From Candidatus Poribacteria bacterium (GTDB lineage Bacteria > Poribacteria > WGA-4E > PCPOR2b), in contig JAPUIP010000270.1 of NCBI GenBank assembly GCA_027296925.1, forward strand, positions 1-44,750: 44,750 nt of DNA, given 5' to 3'. How positions within the stretch are numbered: position 1 is the stretch's first letter; each line of letters begins with the position of its first letter. Shown in pieces: positions 19,263 to 29,754 of the stretch. The position numbers were made by a program, and so were the translations under genes. A model generated the notes under the pieces. It searched no databases. It was not told the DNA's origin and was given only the letters and a program-made list of their open reading frames with translations.

Positions 19263-20066
19263 TCACGCCGACTCTATCTCACGTTTCACGATATAGATAT
19301 CGCCAAAATGTCCCGACTGCACGGCAACGATCTGCTGAAGGCGTGCCAATTCCAAAACCGCTAAGAACGTTACGATCCGCTCAATCTTGCTTGCGAACTC
19401 TGAAAAGAGCTCATCGAACCGGACCTGCTCGCCGTTGCTGAGCCGGCGCTTTAGGAACTCCATCTTTTCTTCAACGGTGATCTGTTCTTCCCGAATCTCT
19501 TCATAATAGTCGTCGTCCAAAAATGCTTGTCGTTCATTGACAAGTTTGAAGGCGGAGAGGAGATCGAAGAGCGTTGCTTTGATCTGTACATCCCGAAATT
19601 CCCCTGCAACTTCATTTGGATTCACAGTTCGCCCATAGATTTGCTCACGTCTTGCCGCATAGAAATCCAATGCTTGGGCAGCTGCCTTAAACTGCTTGTA
19701 TTCCAAAAGCTGTCTGACCAGTTGTTCTCGATCCTTGAAAGTGTGCGGCTCGTCCAATATAGCTGACGGGAGAATGCTCTGGGATTTGAGATGAAGTAGC
19801 GTTGCCGCCATCACCAGAAACTCCGATGCGACATCGAGATCGAGCAGTTCCATGAAATTGAGGTATTCCAGATATTGCTCCGTGATCTCTGCAATCGGAA
19901 TGTCCGTAATCTCCATCTCGTTCTTTTGGATCAGATGAAGCAGCAGATCTAGAGGCCCCTCAAAGGCATCGAGTTTGATCGCATAAATCGGTTTTAGGGA
20001 TTGGGCGCTAGCGGGTAAGGGCGAATGGGATGTGGTTTGCATACGTAACCTTATTTTACGACTCAA
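19263..20066 (-). CDS. scpA: segregation and condensation protein A (kleisin)
   Basis: LDAFEGPLDLLLHLIQKNEMEITDIPIAEITEQYLEYL is the hallmark ScpA N-terminus. Confidence 0.85.
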   Translation of the reverse strand: MSRKIRLRMQTTSHSPLPASAQSLKPIYAIKLDAFEGPLDLLLHLIQKNEMEITDIPIAEITEQYLEYLNFMELLDLDVASEFLVMAATLLHLKSQSILPSAILDEPHTFKDREQLVRQLLEYKQFKAAAQALDFYAARREQIYGRTVNPNEVAGEFRDVQIKATLFDLLSAFKLVNERQAFLDDDYYEEIREEQITVEEKMEFLKRRLSNGEQVRFDELFSEFASKIERIVTFLAVLELARLQQIVAVQSGHFGDIYIVKREIESA

Positions 20067-20114
20067 TGGTCATCATAAACTTCACGCCGATGTTTAACAA
20101 TATGTCGCATGATC

Positions 20115-21095
20115 TTATGCCAAATTCATCGCGGACCGCACATCCGCCATGGTCTCCTGAGCGACCTTTTCGGCGCGGCTTTGTCCATCAGCGAGGACCT
20201 CACGAACCCGATCTGGCTTCGACGCCCATTCAGCGCGTTTTTCGTAAAACGGCGTCAGCGTCGTAATCAGCTTCTGGCTGAGATTCCGCTTGCAGTCAAC
20301 ACACCCAATGGCGGCAGAACGGCAATCCCGGTCAATCTGCGGCACTTCATCAGGATTGTAGACATTGTGATACGCAAAAACGGGACACACATCAGGATTG
20401 CCGGGGTCAGTACGACGCACGCGCGCTGGATCGGTTACCATCTGCATAACCTTCTTTTGAGCGGTCTCCGGTGGATCAGCGAGGTCGATGGTATTGTTAT
20501 AGCTCTTACTCATCTTGCGGCCATCAAGCCCCGGCAACGCAGCGATTTCAGTCAACAGCGGCTGTGGCTCCGGGAAAACTTTGCCGAATAGATGGTTAAA
20601 CCGGCGGACAATTTCCCGCGAAATCTCAAGGTGCGGCACCTGATCCCCTCCGACGGGCACCACTTCGGCTTTGTAAATAATCACATCTGCCGTCATCAAC
20701 ACCGGGTATTCGAGCAAGCCGGTTGAAGGGCCTTCACGCTGATCCAGATCTTGGATTTTGTCTTTGTACGTTGGACACCGTTCAAGCCAAGACACCGGCG
20801 TGACCATTGTGAGGAGCGTCGATAGCTCCGCATGTTCGGGAACGTGAGATTGAACGAAGAGGGTGCTCTTCTCCGGATCGATCCCCGCGCTCAGCCAATC
20901 GATGGCGACCTGCAATGTGTATTCGGGAAGATGCGACGTGTCTGTCACATCAGTGAGTGCATGCCAATCCGCGATAAAAGGATAACATTCGTATTTGTCC
21001 TGCAAGCTTGCTGTGTTCTTCAGCATCCCTTCGAGGTGCCCAATATGGAGCAGTCCCGTCGGGCGAACCCCACTCACCAATCGCGTTTTTTCCAT
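20115..21095 (-). CDS. trpS: tryptophan--tRNA ligase
   Basis: SGVRPTGLLHIGHLEG (HIGH) and KMSKS motifs; 326 aa. Confidence 0.95.
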   Translation of the reverse strand: MEKTRLVSGVRPTGLLHIGHLEGMLKNTASLQDKYECYPFIADWHALTDVTDTSHLPEYTLQVAIDWLSAGIDPEKSTLFVQSHVPEHAELSTLLTMVTPVSWLERCPTYKDKIQDLDQREGPSTGLLEYPVLMTADVIIYKAEVVPVGGDQVPHLEISREIVRRFNHLFGKVFPEPQPLLTEIAALPGLDGRKMSKSYNNTIDLADPPETAQKKVMQMVTDPARVRRTDPGNPDVCPVFAYHNVYNPDEVPQIDRDCRSAAIGCVDCKRNLSQKLITTLTPFYEKRAEWASKPDRVREVLADGQSRAEKVAQETMADVRSAMNLA

Positions 21096-21187
21096 TGTTA
21101 CTATTTTCCTTCTAATTCTGATCTGTGATCCAATTTTCTGTGGTCAAATCTTCCAGCCGTTGAAAATGCGAATCATTAGCAACCTCT

Positions 21188-21871
21188 TCATCCCAAACCG
21201 ACAAGGGTTCTAATCAGACCGTAAATCCCGTAAACAACAATGCCCATGCCAGAAAAGACAGGGTTCGGAATTCTCAGCAGACCCGGGAGAAAAATGATCG
21301 CCATTAAAATCGGCATGCCGTAAGGACGCAGCCTCTCAAATTCTTGAGCCTGCTTCCAGGGGAGAAGACCAAGTACAACGCTGAATCCATCGAGCGGGAA
21401 CAAAGGAAGCATGTTGAAGGTTGCCAGCCAGAGGCTGATCTGCGCACTGCGAAAGAGTAGGATGCGGCGGATTTGATATTGTGCGGCCGATCCGCTTTGC
21501 GGAAACCCAACGGTTTCCTCCAAGATTTTGACGATTCCCAAAATGACAACCGTGCAAATAATATTCATGATTGGACCGGCAGCGGCGATGAACATCAGAT
21601 CGCGCTTCGGATTTTTTAGGTTGCGTGGATCCACCGGCACAGGCTTTGCCCAACCGAAGAACGCACCTCCGAAGAGTGTGCCAAGCAACGGGAGGATAAT
21701 TGTACCGAGGGGATCGATATGTGCCGCAGGATTAAACGTCATTCGTCCCTCATCTTCGGCTGTCGAATCACCTAACAGGTTGGCGGATTTCGCATGCCCC
21801 CATTCATGAAAGGTGAGTAGAACGATAAATTGAGAAACTGCGATAATTGCAAAAAATGGATCGAATTTCAT
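21188..21871 (-). CDS. M50 family (site-2 protease-like) membrane metalloprotease
   Basis: HEWGHA (HExxH) in TM1 and FNMLPLFPLDG (NxxPxxxLDG). Polytopic, 227 aa. Confidence 0.8.
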   Translation of the reverse strand: MKFDPFFAIIAVSQFIVLLTFHEWGHAKSANLLGDSTAEDEGRMTFNPAAHIDPLGTIILPLLGTLFGGAFFGWAKPVPVDPRNLKNPKRDLMFIAAAGPIMNIICTVVILGIVKILEETVGFPQSGSAAQYQIRRILLFRSAQISLWLATFNMLPLFPLDGFSVVLGLLPWKQAQEFERLRPYGMPILMAIIFLPGLLRIPNPVFSGMGIVVYGIYGLIRTLVGLG

Positions 21872-23157
21872 GTTTTATATTCCAATAATTGGCAAGCTTC
21901 CAGTTTGGTCGATACCTTTCCGTCTAATTGTGCTGCGAACACCTTCCACAGCACATCCGCAAACGCTCGGCTCGGTTTCAAACCCAATTGAATGAGATCG
22001 TCTCCGGTAATTAACGGTTGAACACCTCTCAGATATATCAAATAATCCTGGATCTTTTCGATGCGCCAATCGGGCTGATTCGGTTGCTTCAGTGTGAAAA
22101 CGAGCGGTTCCAACGGGTAGGGATTTAACAGTCTATAAACCTCGCTCGGCGTGGACGATGCTGAGAGCGTGTCTAAAACGCTGCACAGTTTGGCCTGTGC
22201 AATCAGCTTCTCCCGCAACTGGTTTTCCAACGCCAATCTATCGCTGACAGCTTTAATTGCGCCGCACACCGTGCTCCGCAGCGTCATCCAAAGTATCGCT
22301 GCTGTATCGATCTGATCGTTTGGGAGATGCTGCTCTGCCCAATCGATTGCCTGCTGAGCGGCATGCCATCGCGCGTCAAAATGCGGTGAGATGTCCCACT
22401 CCGGGTGGACCACACGAAAGAGATCAAATTCGAGCATACGCCGAATGATTCTCGGCACCGTCACTTCCGATAGAATACAGTCAATTTCGTTCCGAACGCG
22501 CTGTCCGCTGATCAGATCCAAAACCCCTTGAGCGATCGCCTCCCGAATCCGCTGTTGATCGCCTTCAACGATCCGGAAACGGTAACGCCCTTCATATCGT
22601 ATTGCCCGGAAGATGCGGGTGGGGTCATCGATGAAGCTTCGATCATGCAGCACACGAATGTGTCCCGCCCGGAGATCGCGCAGCCCATCCGTGCAATCAA
22701 CGAGCTCGCCAAAGGCGTCGGGATTGAGTCGAATGGCGAGGGCGTTGATTGAGAAATCACGGCGACGCAGATCCGCTTCAATTATACTATATCTCACCGA
22801 TGGTAACGCACCGGGACGCGCATAAGTTTCGTTGCGCGCGCTGACAAAATCAACCTTCGATCCGTCAGGTCTGATCACTGTCGCTGTCCCAAATGTGCAA
22901 TGGACTTGAACTTTGCCGCTCCACGCTTCGGCAAGCTGGTCGGCGAAACGCACGGCATCCCCCTCCAACACAATGTCGATGTCCAAATTCTCACGACCGA
23001 TGAGGAGATCACGGACAAAGCCGCCTACTACATAAACCGATTGAGCGGTTTTTTCCCCGAACTTTCCAATCTCCTGCAGGAGGAACAGGGTTGGCGGTGA
23101 TATTTTGGAAAAAATCGAAGGCGCTTGCATACGCTGAAAATAAGCAGGGCTAAGCAT
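21868..23157 (-). CDS. cca: CCA-adding tRNA nucleotidyltransferase / poly(A) polymerase family protein
   Basis: VYVVGGFVRDLLIG...DIDIV (GGxVRD, DxD), RRDFSINALA, DDPTRIFRAIRY. Has a 4-nt overlap with the M50 gene. Confidence 0.85.
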   Translation of the reverse strand: MLSPAYFQRMQAPSIFSKISPPTLFLLQEIGKFGEKTAQSVYVVGGFVRDLLIGRENLDIDIVLEGDAVRFADQLAEAWSGKVQVHCTFGTATVIRPDGSKVDFVSARNETYARPGALPSVRYSIIEADLRRRDFSINALAIRLNPDAFGELVDCTDGLRDLRAGHIRVLHDRSFIDDPTRIFRAIRYEGRYRFRIVEGDQQRIREAIAQGVLDLISGQRVRNEIDCILSEVTVPRIIRRMLEFDLFRVVHPEWDISPHFDARWHAAQQAIDWAEQHLPNDQIDTAAILWMTLRSTVCGAIKAVSDRLALENQLREKLIAQAKLCSVLDTLSASSTPSEVYRLLNPYPLEPLVFTLKQPNQPDWRIEKIQDYLIYLRGVQPLITGDDLIQLGLKPSRAFADVLWKVFAAQLDGKVSTKLEACQLLEYKT

Positions 23158-23229
23158 TCACCGGAAAAATCGGAGTCACAGACGAAGCCGGTATGGCACA
23201 GAATCAACGAAGAAACGAATGCGTCGCCC

Positions 23230-24033
23230 CTACTTCATCCTATCCGTAAAACCGACAACCACATACGTGCCGCTCCGAGGATTCTTTTCCAATTTGATAA
23301 ACCCGCGTCGCTGGGCATCTTCCAAAAGTTCGCTAAAGGATTTATAACCGTAGAGCGATTCGCTAAAAGAAGGACGTTTGCGCTTCATGGTGTCCTTCAC
23401 CATTGAAGACCACAAGATTTCGTGATTCTCACGGATGATCGCACGTATAGAACTGAACAGCAGATCGAAGATCTCCCGCAACTCCTTCGGAAGACTGGCT
23501 TCCGCCTTCTGATCTGTGGTTACATCCTTTTCGAGTTCCTCTTCGAGGTCCTCGTAGTAGATAAACTCGTCGCAGTTCTCGCTTAGGAGATCAGACGTTG
23601 ATTCCTTTAGGCCAAGTCCAATGACAGCCTTTCCGTTTTCCTTGAGCTTCGAAACGAGTGGCGCGAAGTCGCTGTCCCCCGAAATAATGACGAACGTATC
23701 GATATGCTCCTTTGAGTAGCACAGGTCAATGGCATCAACGCACAGGCGGATGTCTGCTGAATTTTTTCCGCTCTTTCCGCGCCTCGGTATCTCAATGAGC
23801 TCGATCCCTGCTTCGTGGAGGGCTTCCCGCTCCTTGAAGAAACGGTGCCAATCGGCGTAAGCGGTTTTGACGACCACTTTCCCTTTTTCAACCAGGCGCC
23901 CCAAAACCTTCTGAATGTCAAAATGACCGTTGTTAGGCTTCCTTCCCTTCTTTTTATCATCAAATCCAAGGGCAAGATTTTCAAAATCGATAAAAACGGC
24001 AAGCGTTCGCTGTTCTTGCTGTCCTTCATGCAT
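23230..24033 (-). CDS. NYN (LabA-like) nuclease-domain protein with a C-terminal OST-HTH/LOTUS domain
   Basis: LAVFIDFENL..., ...NSADIRLCVDAIDL..., FVIISGDSDFAPLV (NYN acidic residues). C-terminus ...YGYKSFSELLEDAQRRGFIKLEK is LOTUS-like. Confidence 0.75.
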   Translation of the reverse strand: MHEGQQEQRTLAVFIDFENLALGFDDKKKGRKPNNGHFDIQKVLGRLVEKGKVVVKTAYADWHRFFKEREALHEAGIELIEIPRRGKSGKNSADIRLCVDAIDLCYSKEHIDTFVIISGDSDFAPLVSKLKENGKAVIGLGLKESTSDLLSENCDEFIYYEDLEEELEKDVTTDQKAEASLPKELREIFDLLFSSIRAIIRENHEILWSSMVKDTMKRKRPSFSESLYGYKSFSELLEDAQRRGFIKLEKNPRSGTYVVVGFTDRMK

Positions 24034-24106
24034 TCATCTCACCTCCTTCCGTGAAACATAATATGTATCGCATACGCTTTCCCCATCGAGCTTCTTTCGA
24101 TCCTAC

Positions 24107-25006
24107 CTACTGCTTCATGCCCACCAGAAGCATTTTAGCACTATGGTCAGTCAAAGGAGAGGAATCCCAGCCGCCATAGATCTGCTCTACCTGAAACCCA
24201 CAGGACGACAGCAGATCCACAATCTCGTCCTGCGAATAGATCCGCTTAAAAATGATGAACGCTTCCGCCGCTTCCGCGTCGGTTCTAAAAATCAGATCCC
24301 GACAGACCTCTACGGAGCTATCTTCATGAAAGCAGACTTCCCCCAGCGTCAGACCACCGGGCCATGTAGCCCAATTCGTGTCGAAGCGGCCATACCGGCA
24401 GTTGAAGGGCTTGTTGTCTAGATCTAAAAAAAGCCGCCCGCCGGGTCGAAGTGCGCGATGGATACTTTGTAGAACAACCGAAGCGACCTCCGGCGCGAAA
24501 AGGGAAAATGAATTATAGGCGATCATCGCACTATCAAATTCGTTCTCCCAAGTAAGGTCCGCCGCGTGTCTCACTTCGTAGACAATATCCAAGTCTTGTT
24601 CCTCAGCCAGTCGCCTGGCCGTGGAAATGAGACCGGGGGAAACATCAACCCCGGTAATCCGCAGACCGTAATCGGCTGCCAGCAAGAGGGCATGCCGACC
24701 ATAGCCACACGCTACATCAAGCAGGGAATTTCCAGGCTGTGTCTTCAGCAGATTAACAATGACGCGGGCTTCCTCCGCTGTGGGGAGATCGCCCGTCCAC
24801 CCTGAAAAATCTGGATCACTGACCCACCGGTTAAAGGCTTCGGAGGTATAGCCCATCGCCTCCCATGTGAGCGGAATCTGCTCGATGGGCAATCGTTGGG
24901 CAAGATGATTGTATACGTCCTTCAACGTCATGTGGACTTCTATTCGCGTCGGCGGTGCCTGTGTGGCTAATCGGCCACGTTTTGGGTGTGTGGAGACGGT
25001 TGCCAA
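24107..25006 (-). CDS. class I SAM-dependent methyltransferase
   Basis: LLDVACGYGRHALLLA (motif I) and LRPGGRLFLD (post-I/II). The longest start is TTG 25006; ATG 24931 is an alternative. Confidence 0.8.
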   Translation of the reverse strand: MATVSTHPKRGRLATQAPPTRIEVHMTLKDVYNHLAQRLPIEQIPLTWEAMGYTSEAFNRWVSDPDFSGWTGDLPTAEEARVIVNLLKTQPGNSLLDVACGYGRHALLLAADYGLRITGVDVSPGLISTARRLAEEQDLDIVYEVRHAADLTWENEFDSAMIAYNSFSLFAPEVASVVLQSIHRALRPGGRLFLDLDNKPFNCRYGRFDTNWATWPGGLTLGEVCFHEDSSVEVCRDLIFRTDAEAAEAFIIFKRIYSQDEIVDLLSSCGFQVEQIYGGWDSSPLTDHSAKMLLVGMKQ

Positions 25007-25133
25007 GCTACCAAAGTGTATCAGAAAGTTGAGTCAGAGGCAAGCGATTTTTCGGCATCGCTGAGTGAAAGGCGCAACGGAACGATGAAGGTGCGTTGCG
25101 CTTAAACTGCGCCTGCCCTTCCACACCGCAGGC

Positions 25134-25147
25134 TGTGAGCTAGAAAT
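25134..25147 (+). repeat. 14-mer TGTGAGCTAGAAAT, copy A, upstream of a -35-like element
   Basis: Exact match to 38665-38678. Followed by TTGCAT (25151)/CTGACA (25157), then TGA-TAGTAT (25174-25179) as a possible extended -10. Confidence 0.35.
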
Positions 25148-25501
25148 TCTTTGCATCTGACAATGAAATATGATAGTATACCGCTGCTATATTATTTACG
25201 GTTCAGATCGACATTTTTTAGAAACTTTTATGGACGTTCATCGATAATATACGACGAAGACTTAAGTCCTCTGACTTTTTAACCTGATCAAGTTTCACAA
25301 CGAATAAACCTCCTTGATCCAATGGGGAATTTGCCTGCTGGCTTGCAGACGAACCGATTCGATGTTTTGGTTGTCTCAACCTTCAGGCATTCCCCCTTTT
25401 TTTTTGGGACGGAGATCTTCTTACCTCATTTGGAAGGACATTCTGAGACGAACCGTAGGCCGGTGAGCACTTTGAATGAGACATGAAAAGGGGAAAATAC
25501 A

Positions 25502-27547
25502 ATGGCAGACGCAAAGATACTGGTTGTTGAAGATGAGCCTACCGTCGCTGAGTTCACGGAAATCCTGTTGGAAACCTTAGGATATACCGTTTCTGCGGTC
25601 GTCCCTTCTGGAGAGGAAGCAATTCAAAAAGCAGCCGAGACAAATCCTGACTTAGCGTTGATAGATATGATGTTGGATGGGAATATGGACGGTATCGCAG
25701 TCGCCGAACAGATGCGAGATCGTTTTGATATTCCGGTCGTTTATCTGACAGGCCACGCGGATGAGGAGCTATTGCAACGCGCAAAGATCACCGCGCCATT
25801 TGGCTATATCCTCAAACCGTTCGAGGAGAGAAGATTACACTTGAACATCGAAATTGCCCTTTACCGGCATGAAATGGAAAAAAAATTCAAAGAGAGCGAA
25901 CAGTGGCTCTCCACAATCCTCAAAAGTATCGGCGACGCCGTGATTGCCACGGATAAGAATGGGTGCGTCACATTTGTGAATCCCGTTGCCGAAGCATTGA
26001 CAGGTTGGAGACAGGAAGAGGTCTTTGGTAAAGATTTGGCTGAAGTCCTCAATGTCATTCGTGACGGCACACGTATTCCGATCAAAAACCATATTATGAA
26101 GGCCCTGCAGCAGGAAATCGTTGCCGGCCAGACGGAACATATCATCCTCATTGCCAGAGACGGCAGGGAAATCCCCATTGATTACAATGCTACACCCATC
26201 AGAGACGGCAAAGAAAACATCACGGGCGTCGTTTTGGCCTTCCGTAATATCACGAAGCGGAAGCAGGTTGAGCAGCGGTTGACGCACACCGCGGAAGCCT
26301 TGCGAAATCAGGCCCGAATTTTGCAATCTATTCTTGACAGCATTGGCGATGGCGTCATCGTTGCGCAAAAAAACGGGGAGTTTTTGCTCTTTAACCCGGA
26401 TGCAGAACGTATTATTGGTATCGGACCAACGGATGTGCCTCCCGACGAATGGGTTGAAGCATACGGCATGTTTCTGCCGGATACGGTGACACCTTTTCCG
26501 ACAGATGAACATCCACTCATACGGGCAATCCATGGCAAGGCGTCAGATGATGTCGAGATGTTTATACGTAATCCGCAAGTACCAGAGGGTGTCTACATCA
26601 GTGTTACCGGCCGCCCCCTACAAGATGAGTCGGGGGTGTTATGGGGCGGCGTTGTCGTTTTCCGCGATATTACTGACCGACAGCGAGCGGAAGAAGCGTT
26701 GGCTCAAGCCTACACACAGGGACGCCTAGAGGTGGTCGATGCGATACTCCACAATATTGGTAATGCGATCAACAGTGTAACGATAGGCATCGGGACGATC
26801 TACGAAAATCTCGTGAGTAATAAACTGACACGCCGCCTCGTGGCTCTGGCAAATGCCATCAAAGGACATCAAGACGATTTTAGCAGCTACGTCAAGAACG
26901 ACCCGGAAGGGCCAAAAGTCGCGCCGTTTATTCAGGCACTCGCTCAGGATTTTATCAAACAAGATGAAAAATTAGCGAAAACAGTCAATCGTGTGCAGGA
27001 TCGGGCAGAACACATCGCTGACATTGTCCGAATGCAAAAGTCGCTTGGCAGACGGAGTGTCTACCGCAAAGATATCGCCCTCAGAAAAACAATCGATGAT
27101 ACCATTACCGTGTTGGGTGATTCCATCAGAGGGAGAGATATTCAGATTCACATCGATTGCGGTAACGCTCCAAAAACGATTCGAACACAGGAGAGTCAAT
27201 TTCATCAGATGTTGGTCAATCTGGTCAAAAATTCGATTGAAGCCATTGACGAACTTTCTGTATGCGTGGGGCTCAATCAAGTGCCATCGATCAAAATCCG
27301 CTGCTATGTTGAATTAGATTCGCTCATCCTTGAAGTGACCGATAATGGTATCGGCATCGAAGCGGACAAATTCGGGGTCATCTTTGGCGGGGATTATACA
27401 ACGAAGAAATCTGGTAGCGGGCTTGGGCTACATTCGATAGCGACTTTCGTCCAGAGCTGGGGCGGAGAAATTGCCCCAATAAGCGGCGGCATTGGCAAAG
27501 GTGTCACCATGCGAGTCAGGCTACCGCTTTCTTCAGTCACCCCATGA
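25502..27547 (+). CDS. cytoplasmic sensor histidine kinase, REC-PAS-PAS-HisKA-HATPase
   Basis: N-terminal receiver (ILVVEDEP...LALIDMML). Two PAS domains (ILKSIGDAVIATDKNG, ILDSIGDGVIVAQKNG). H-box AILHNIGNAINSV, N-box LVNLVKNSIEAI, G-boxes TDNGIGI and GSGLGLHS. No TM segment. Confidence 0.9.
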   Translation: MADAKILVVEDEPTVAEFTEILLETLGYTVSAVVPSGEEAIQKAAETNPDLALIDMMLDGNMDGIAVAEQMRDRFDIPVVYLTGHADEELLQRAKITAPFGYILKPFEERRLHLNIEIALYRHEMEKKFKESEQWLSTILKSIGDAVIATDKNGCVTFVNPVAEALTGWRQEEVFGKDLAEVLNVIRDGTRIPIKNHIMKALQQEIVAGQTEHIILIARDGREIPIDYNATPIRDGKENITGVVLAFRNITKRKQVEQRLTHTAEALRNQARILQSILDSIGDGVIVAQKNGEFLLFNPDAERIIGIGPTDVPPDEWVEAYGMFLPDTVTPFPTDEHPLIRAIHGKASDDVEMFIRNPQVPEGVYISVTGRPLQDESGVLWGGVVVFRDITDRQRAEEALAQAYTQGRLEVVDAILHNIGNAINSVTIGIGTIYENLVSNKLTRRLVALANAIKGHQDDFSSYVKNDPEGPKVAPFIQALAQDFIKQDEKLAKTVNRVQDRAEHIADIVRMQKSLGRRSVYRKDIALRKTIDDTITVLGDSIRGRDIQIHIDCGNAPKTIRTQESQFHQMLVNLVKNSIEAIDELSVCVGLNQVPSIKIRCYVELDSLILEVTDNGIGIEADKFGVIFGGDYTTKKSGSGLGLHSIATFVQSWGGEIAPISGGIGKGVTMRVRLPLSSVTP

Positions 27548-27577
27548 AGACATGGTTTCTAACAACGGAGAGGTTTT

Positions 27578-29506
27578 ATGGAATTCAAAGATAGCTGGAA
27601 CAATCGCGTCCTGATCGTCGATGATCAAGAGGAGATCCACCAGGACTTTGAAGAGATGCTGAAGCCTGGTTTGACAGAGACATCGACGGATGATTTTGCG
27701 GGTGCGTTCGCTGCAGAGATCGATGAAAGTTTCCTGCCAGCGTTTGAGTTGCTCCATGCGACAAGCGGAGACGAAGCATACGAAATGGTCAAAGCGGCAA
27801 TCGAAGCGAAACAGCCAATCGCCGTTGCACATATCGACGTGAGAATGTCGCCGGGCATCGATGGTATCGAAACGACGCGTCGCATCCGAGAAATCGACAA
27901 AAATATTGAGATCGCGATCATGACCGCGTACACCGATAAACCGCTCGCTGAGATTGTCCGGGATATGGAATTGCTTCATAAATTGCTCTATATCCGAAAG
28001 CCATTCGCGCGTGAGGAAATCCAGCAGATGACGCTTTCTCTGGCAGAGAAATGGAACGTCGAACAGGAATTAGCGGCGAAACGCCGGCAACTTACAGTCA
28101 GCAACCGGAGGCTGAAAGCCGTACTGGATTCGACGGGAGATGCCATTGCCATGTTCGATGTCACGGGACATCTGGTGTTTGCAAATCGATGGTATGAAGA
28201 GTTCTTCGGATTGACGGAAGCCCAACTCAAGCAGATGTCGCCCGATGCGCTACGGAGGCATATCAAGCGATACTTCCAGGAACCGGACCACTTCGAGGTC
28301 ACGGAATCATCATTTTTCGCTAATCCGGAGAAAGTGTTTAAGGAAATCATGGAGGTCCGTCTGCCGAAACGCAAGATGCTCTACCGATTCACGGCACCGG
28401 TGGCTGACGCTGAAGGTAACGCGATCGGGCGTATTATCGTCTATCGGGATGTTTCCAAAGAGATCGAGATTCGCCAGGTGAAGGCTGAAGTCTCGCGGCT
28501 GCGTGCTGAGCTTGAAAGAAAATACGCCTTTGATAATATCATCGGCAGAAGTCAGAAGATGCAAGAGGTGTATGCGCTGATGCAGCAGGCGATCGAAAGC
28601 AATATTACGGTCCTCATTCAGGGGGAAAGCGGCACAGGCAAAGAGTTAGTTGCAAAAGCCATCCACTTCAACAGTTCGCGAAAGAAGGGACCATTTGTCG
28701 CTGTCAATTGTGCCGCCATTCCGGAGACGCTTATTGAAAGCGAACTTTTTGGACATGAACGCGGCGCTTTCACCGGCGCGACCATGCAGAGAATCGGCAA
28801 ATTTGAAAGCGCCAATGGCGGAACAATCTTCCTTGATGAAATCGCCGACATGCATCCCTTCCTTCAAGCCAAGCTGTTGCGGGTGCTTCAGGAACGAGAA
28901 ATCCAGCGTGTTGGCGGGACGGCCACCCTCCCGATCGACGTCCGCGTCATTGCAGCAACGAATAAGGACTTGGAGGCTGCCCTGAAAGTCGGTAAGTTCC
29001 GCGAAGACCTTTTCTACCGTATCGCTGCTTTTCCCATTGTGGTGCCACCGCTCAGAGAACGCCGTGAGGATATCCCCCTGTTGGCAGAACATCTGCTCAA
29101 AACGCATGTCGACAGCATCGGCAGATCGATTGGCGGAATCTCTACCGAAGCGCTACAACTGTTGATAAACTATGACTGGCCCGGCAATGTTCGAGAGCTT
29201 GAGAACGCGATTGAGCGTGCCATGTTATTGGAGACATCAGAGGTGTTACAAGCACGCAATCTGCCAACGCAGATCCGCTCAGTTCACCAGTCATTGCACG
29301 TACTTCCATCCCAAAGTCAGGACGCGACGCCTGGCGCCCCGGCTGCAACTGAAATTCTTCCCCTTGAAGAGGTTGAAAAACAGACCCTTGTCCACGCACT
29401 GGAAGTAACAGATAATAATATCACAAAAGCGGCTGAAGCGTTGGGCATCAATCGAGTCACCATCCATAGAAAATTGAAGAAATATAATCTGCTCGAAAAT
29501 AGGTAG
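27578..29506 (+). CDS. sigma-54-dependent enhancer-binding protein (REC-PAS-AAA+-Fis HTH)
   Basis: Walker [15 protein letters not shown] loop (ERGAFTGAT), Walker B IFLDEI, and ESELFGHE. C-terminal [25 protein letters not shown]. Confidence 0.92.
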   Translation: MEFKDSWNNRVLIVDDQEEIHQDFEEMLKPGLTETSTDDFAGAFAAEIDESFLPAFELLHATSGDEAYEMVKAAIEAKQPIAVAHIDVRMSPGIDGIETTRRIREIDKNIEIAIMTAYTDKPLAEIVRDMELLHKLLYIRKPFAREEIQQMTLSLAEKWNVEQELAAKRRQLTVSNRRLKAVLDSTGDAIAMFDVTGHLVFANRWYEEFFGLTEAQLKQMSPDALRRHIKRYFQEPDHFEVTESSFFANPEKVFKEIMEVRLPKRKMLYRFTAPVADAEGNAIGRIIVYRDVSKEIEIRQVKAEVSRLRAELERKYAFDNIIGRSQKMQEVYALMQQAIESNITVLIQGESGTGKELVAKAIHFNSSRKKGPFVAVNCAAIPETLIESELFGHERGAFTGATMQRIGKFESANGGTIFLDEIADMHPFLQAKLLRVLQEREIQRVGGTATLPIDVRVIAATNKDLEAALKVGKFREDLFYRIAAFPIVVPPLRERREDIPLLAEHLLKTHVDSIGRSIGGISTEALQLLINYDWPGNVRELENAIERAMLLETSEVLQARNLPTQIRSVHQSLHVLPSQSQDATPGAPAATEILPLEEVEKQTLVHALEVTDNNITKAAEALGINRVTIHRKLKKYNLLENR

Positions 29507-29645
29507 AGCACACCCGACTGTCCCAAATTCAGACACATACCTGAACCAATCTGCCCGTCAAAACTTCCTATCCCGAAAGCAACCATACCTCCACCATAGC
29601 GAGATACACAGATTGGCGCCTGACTTTCCGCACGACAGACAACCT

Positions 29646-29677
29646 GTTGCAAAATGTATCACGTTGCAATGTGCAAC
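29646..29677 (+). promoter_or_regulatory. candidate enhancer (UAS): GTTGCAA direct repeat plus GTTGCA-ATG-TGCAAC palindrome
   Basis: GTTGCA at 29646-29651 and 29663-29668, with the inverted arm TGCAAC at 29672-29677. About 190-215 bp upstream of the -24 element. Confidence 0.35.
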
Positions 29678-29754
29678 ACCCCTTCCCCACTATTCCTCGC
29701 CCTCGCGTCATAACCCAACATCCCACGTTTTTCCTTTCGTTTGCTAATCCTAGT

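Noticed and set aside
25392-25408. The C5-T9-G3 tract looked like a terminator tail.
   Set aside because: No stable stem lies directly upstream of the T-run, and no + strand gene ends upstream of it.
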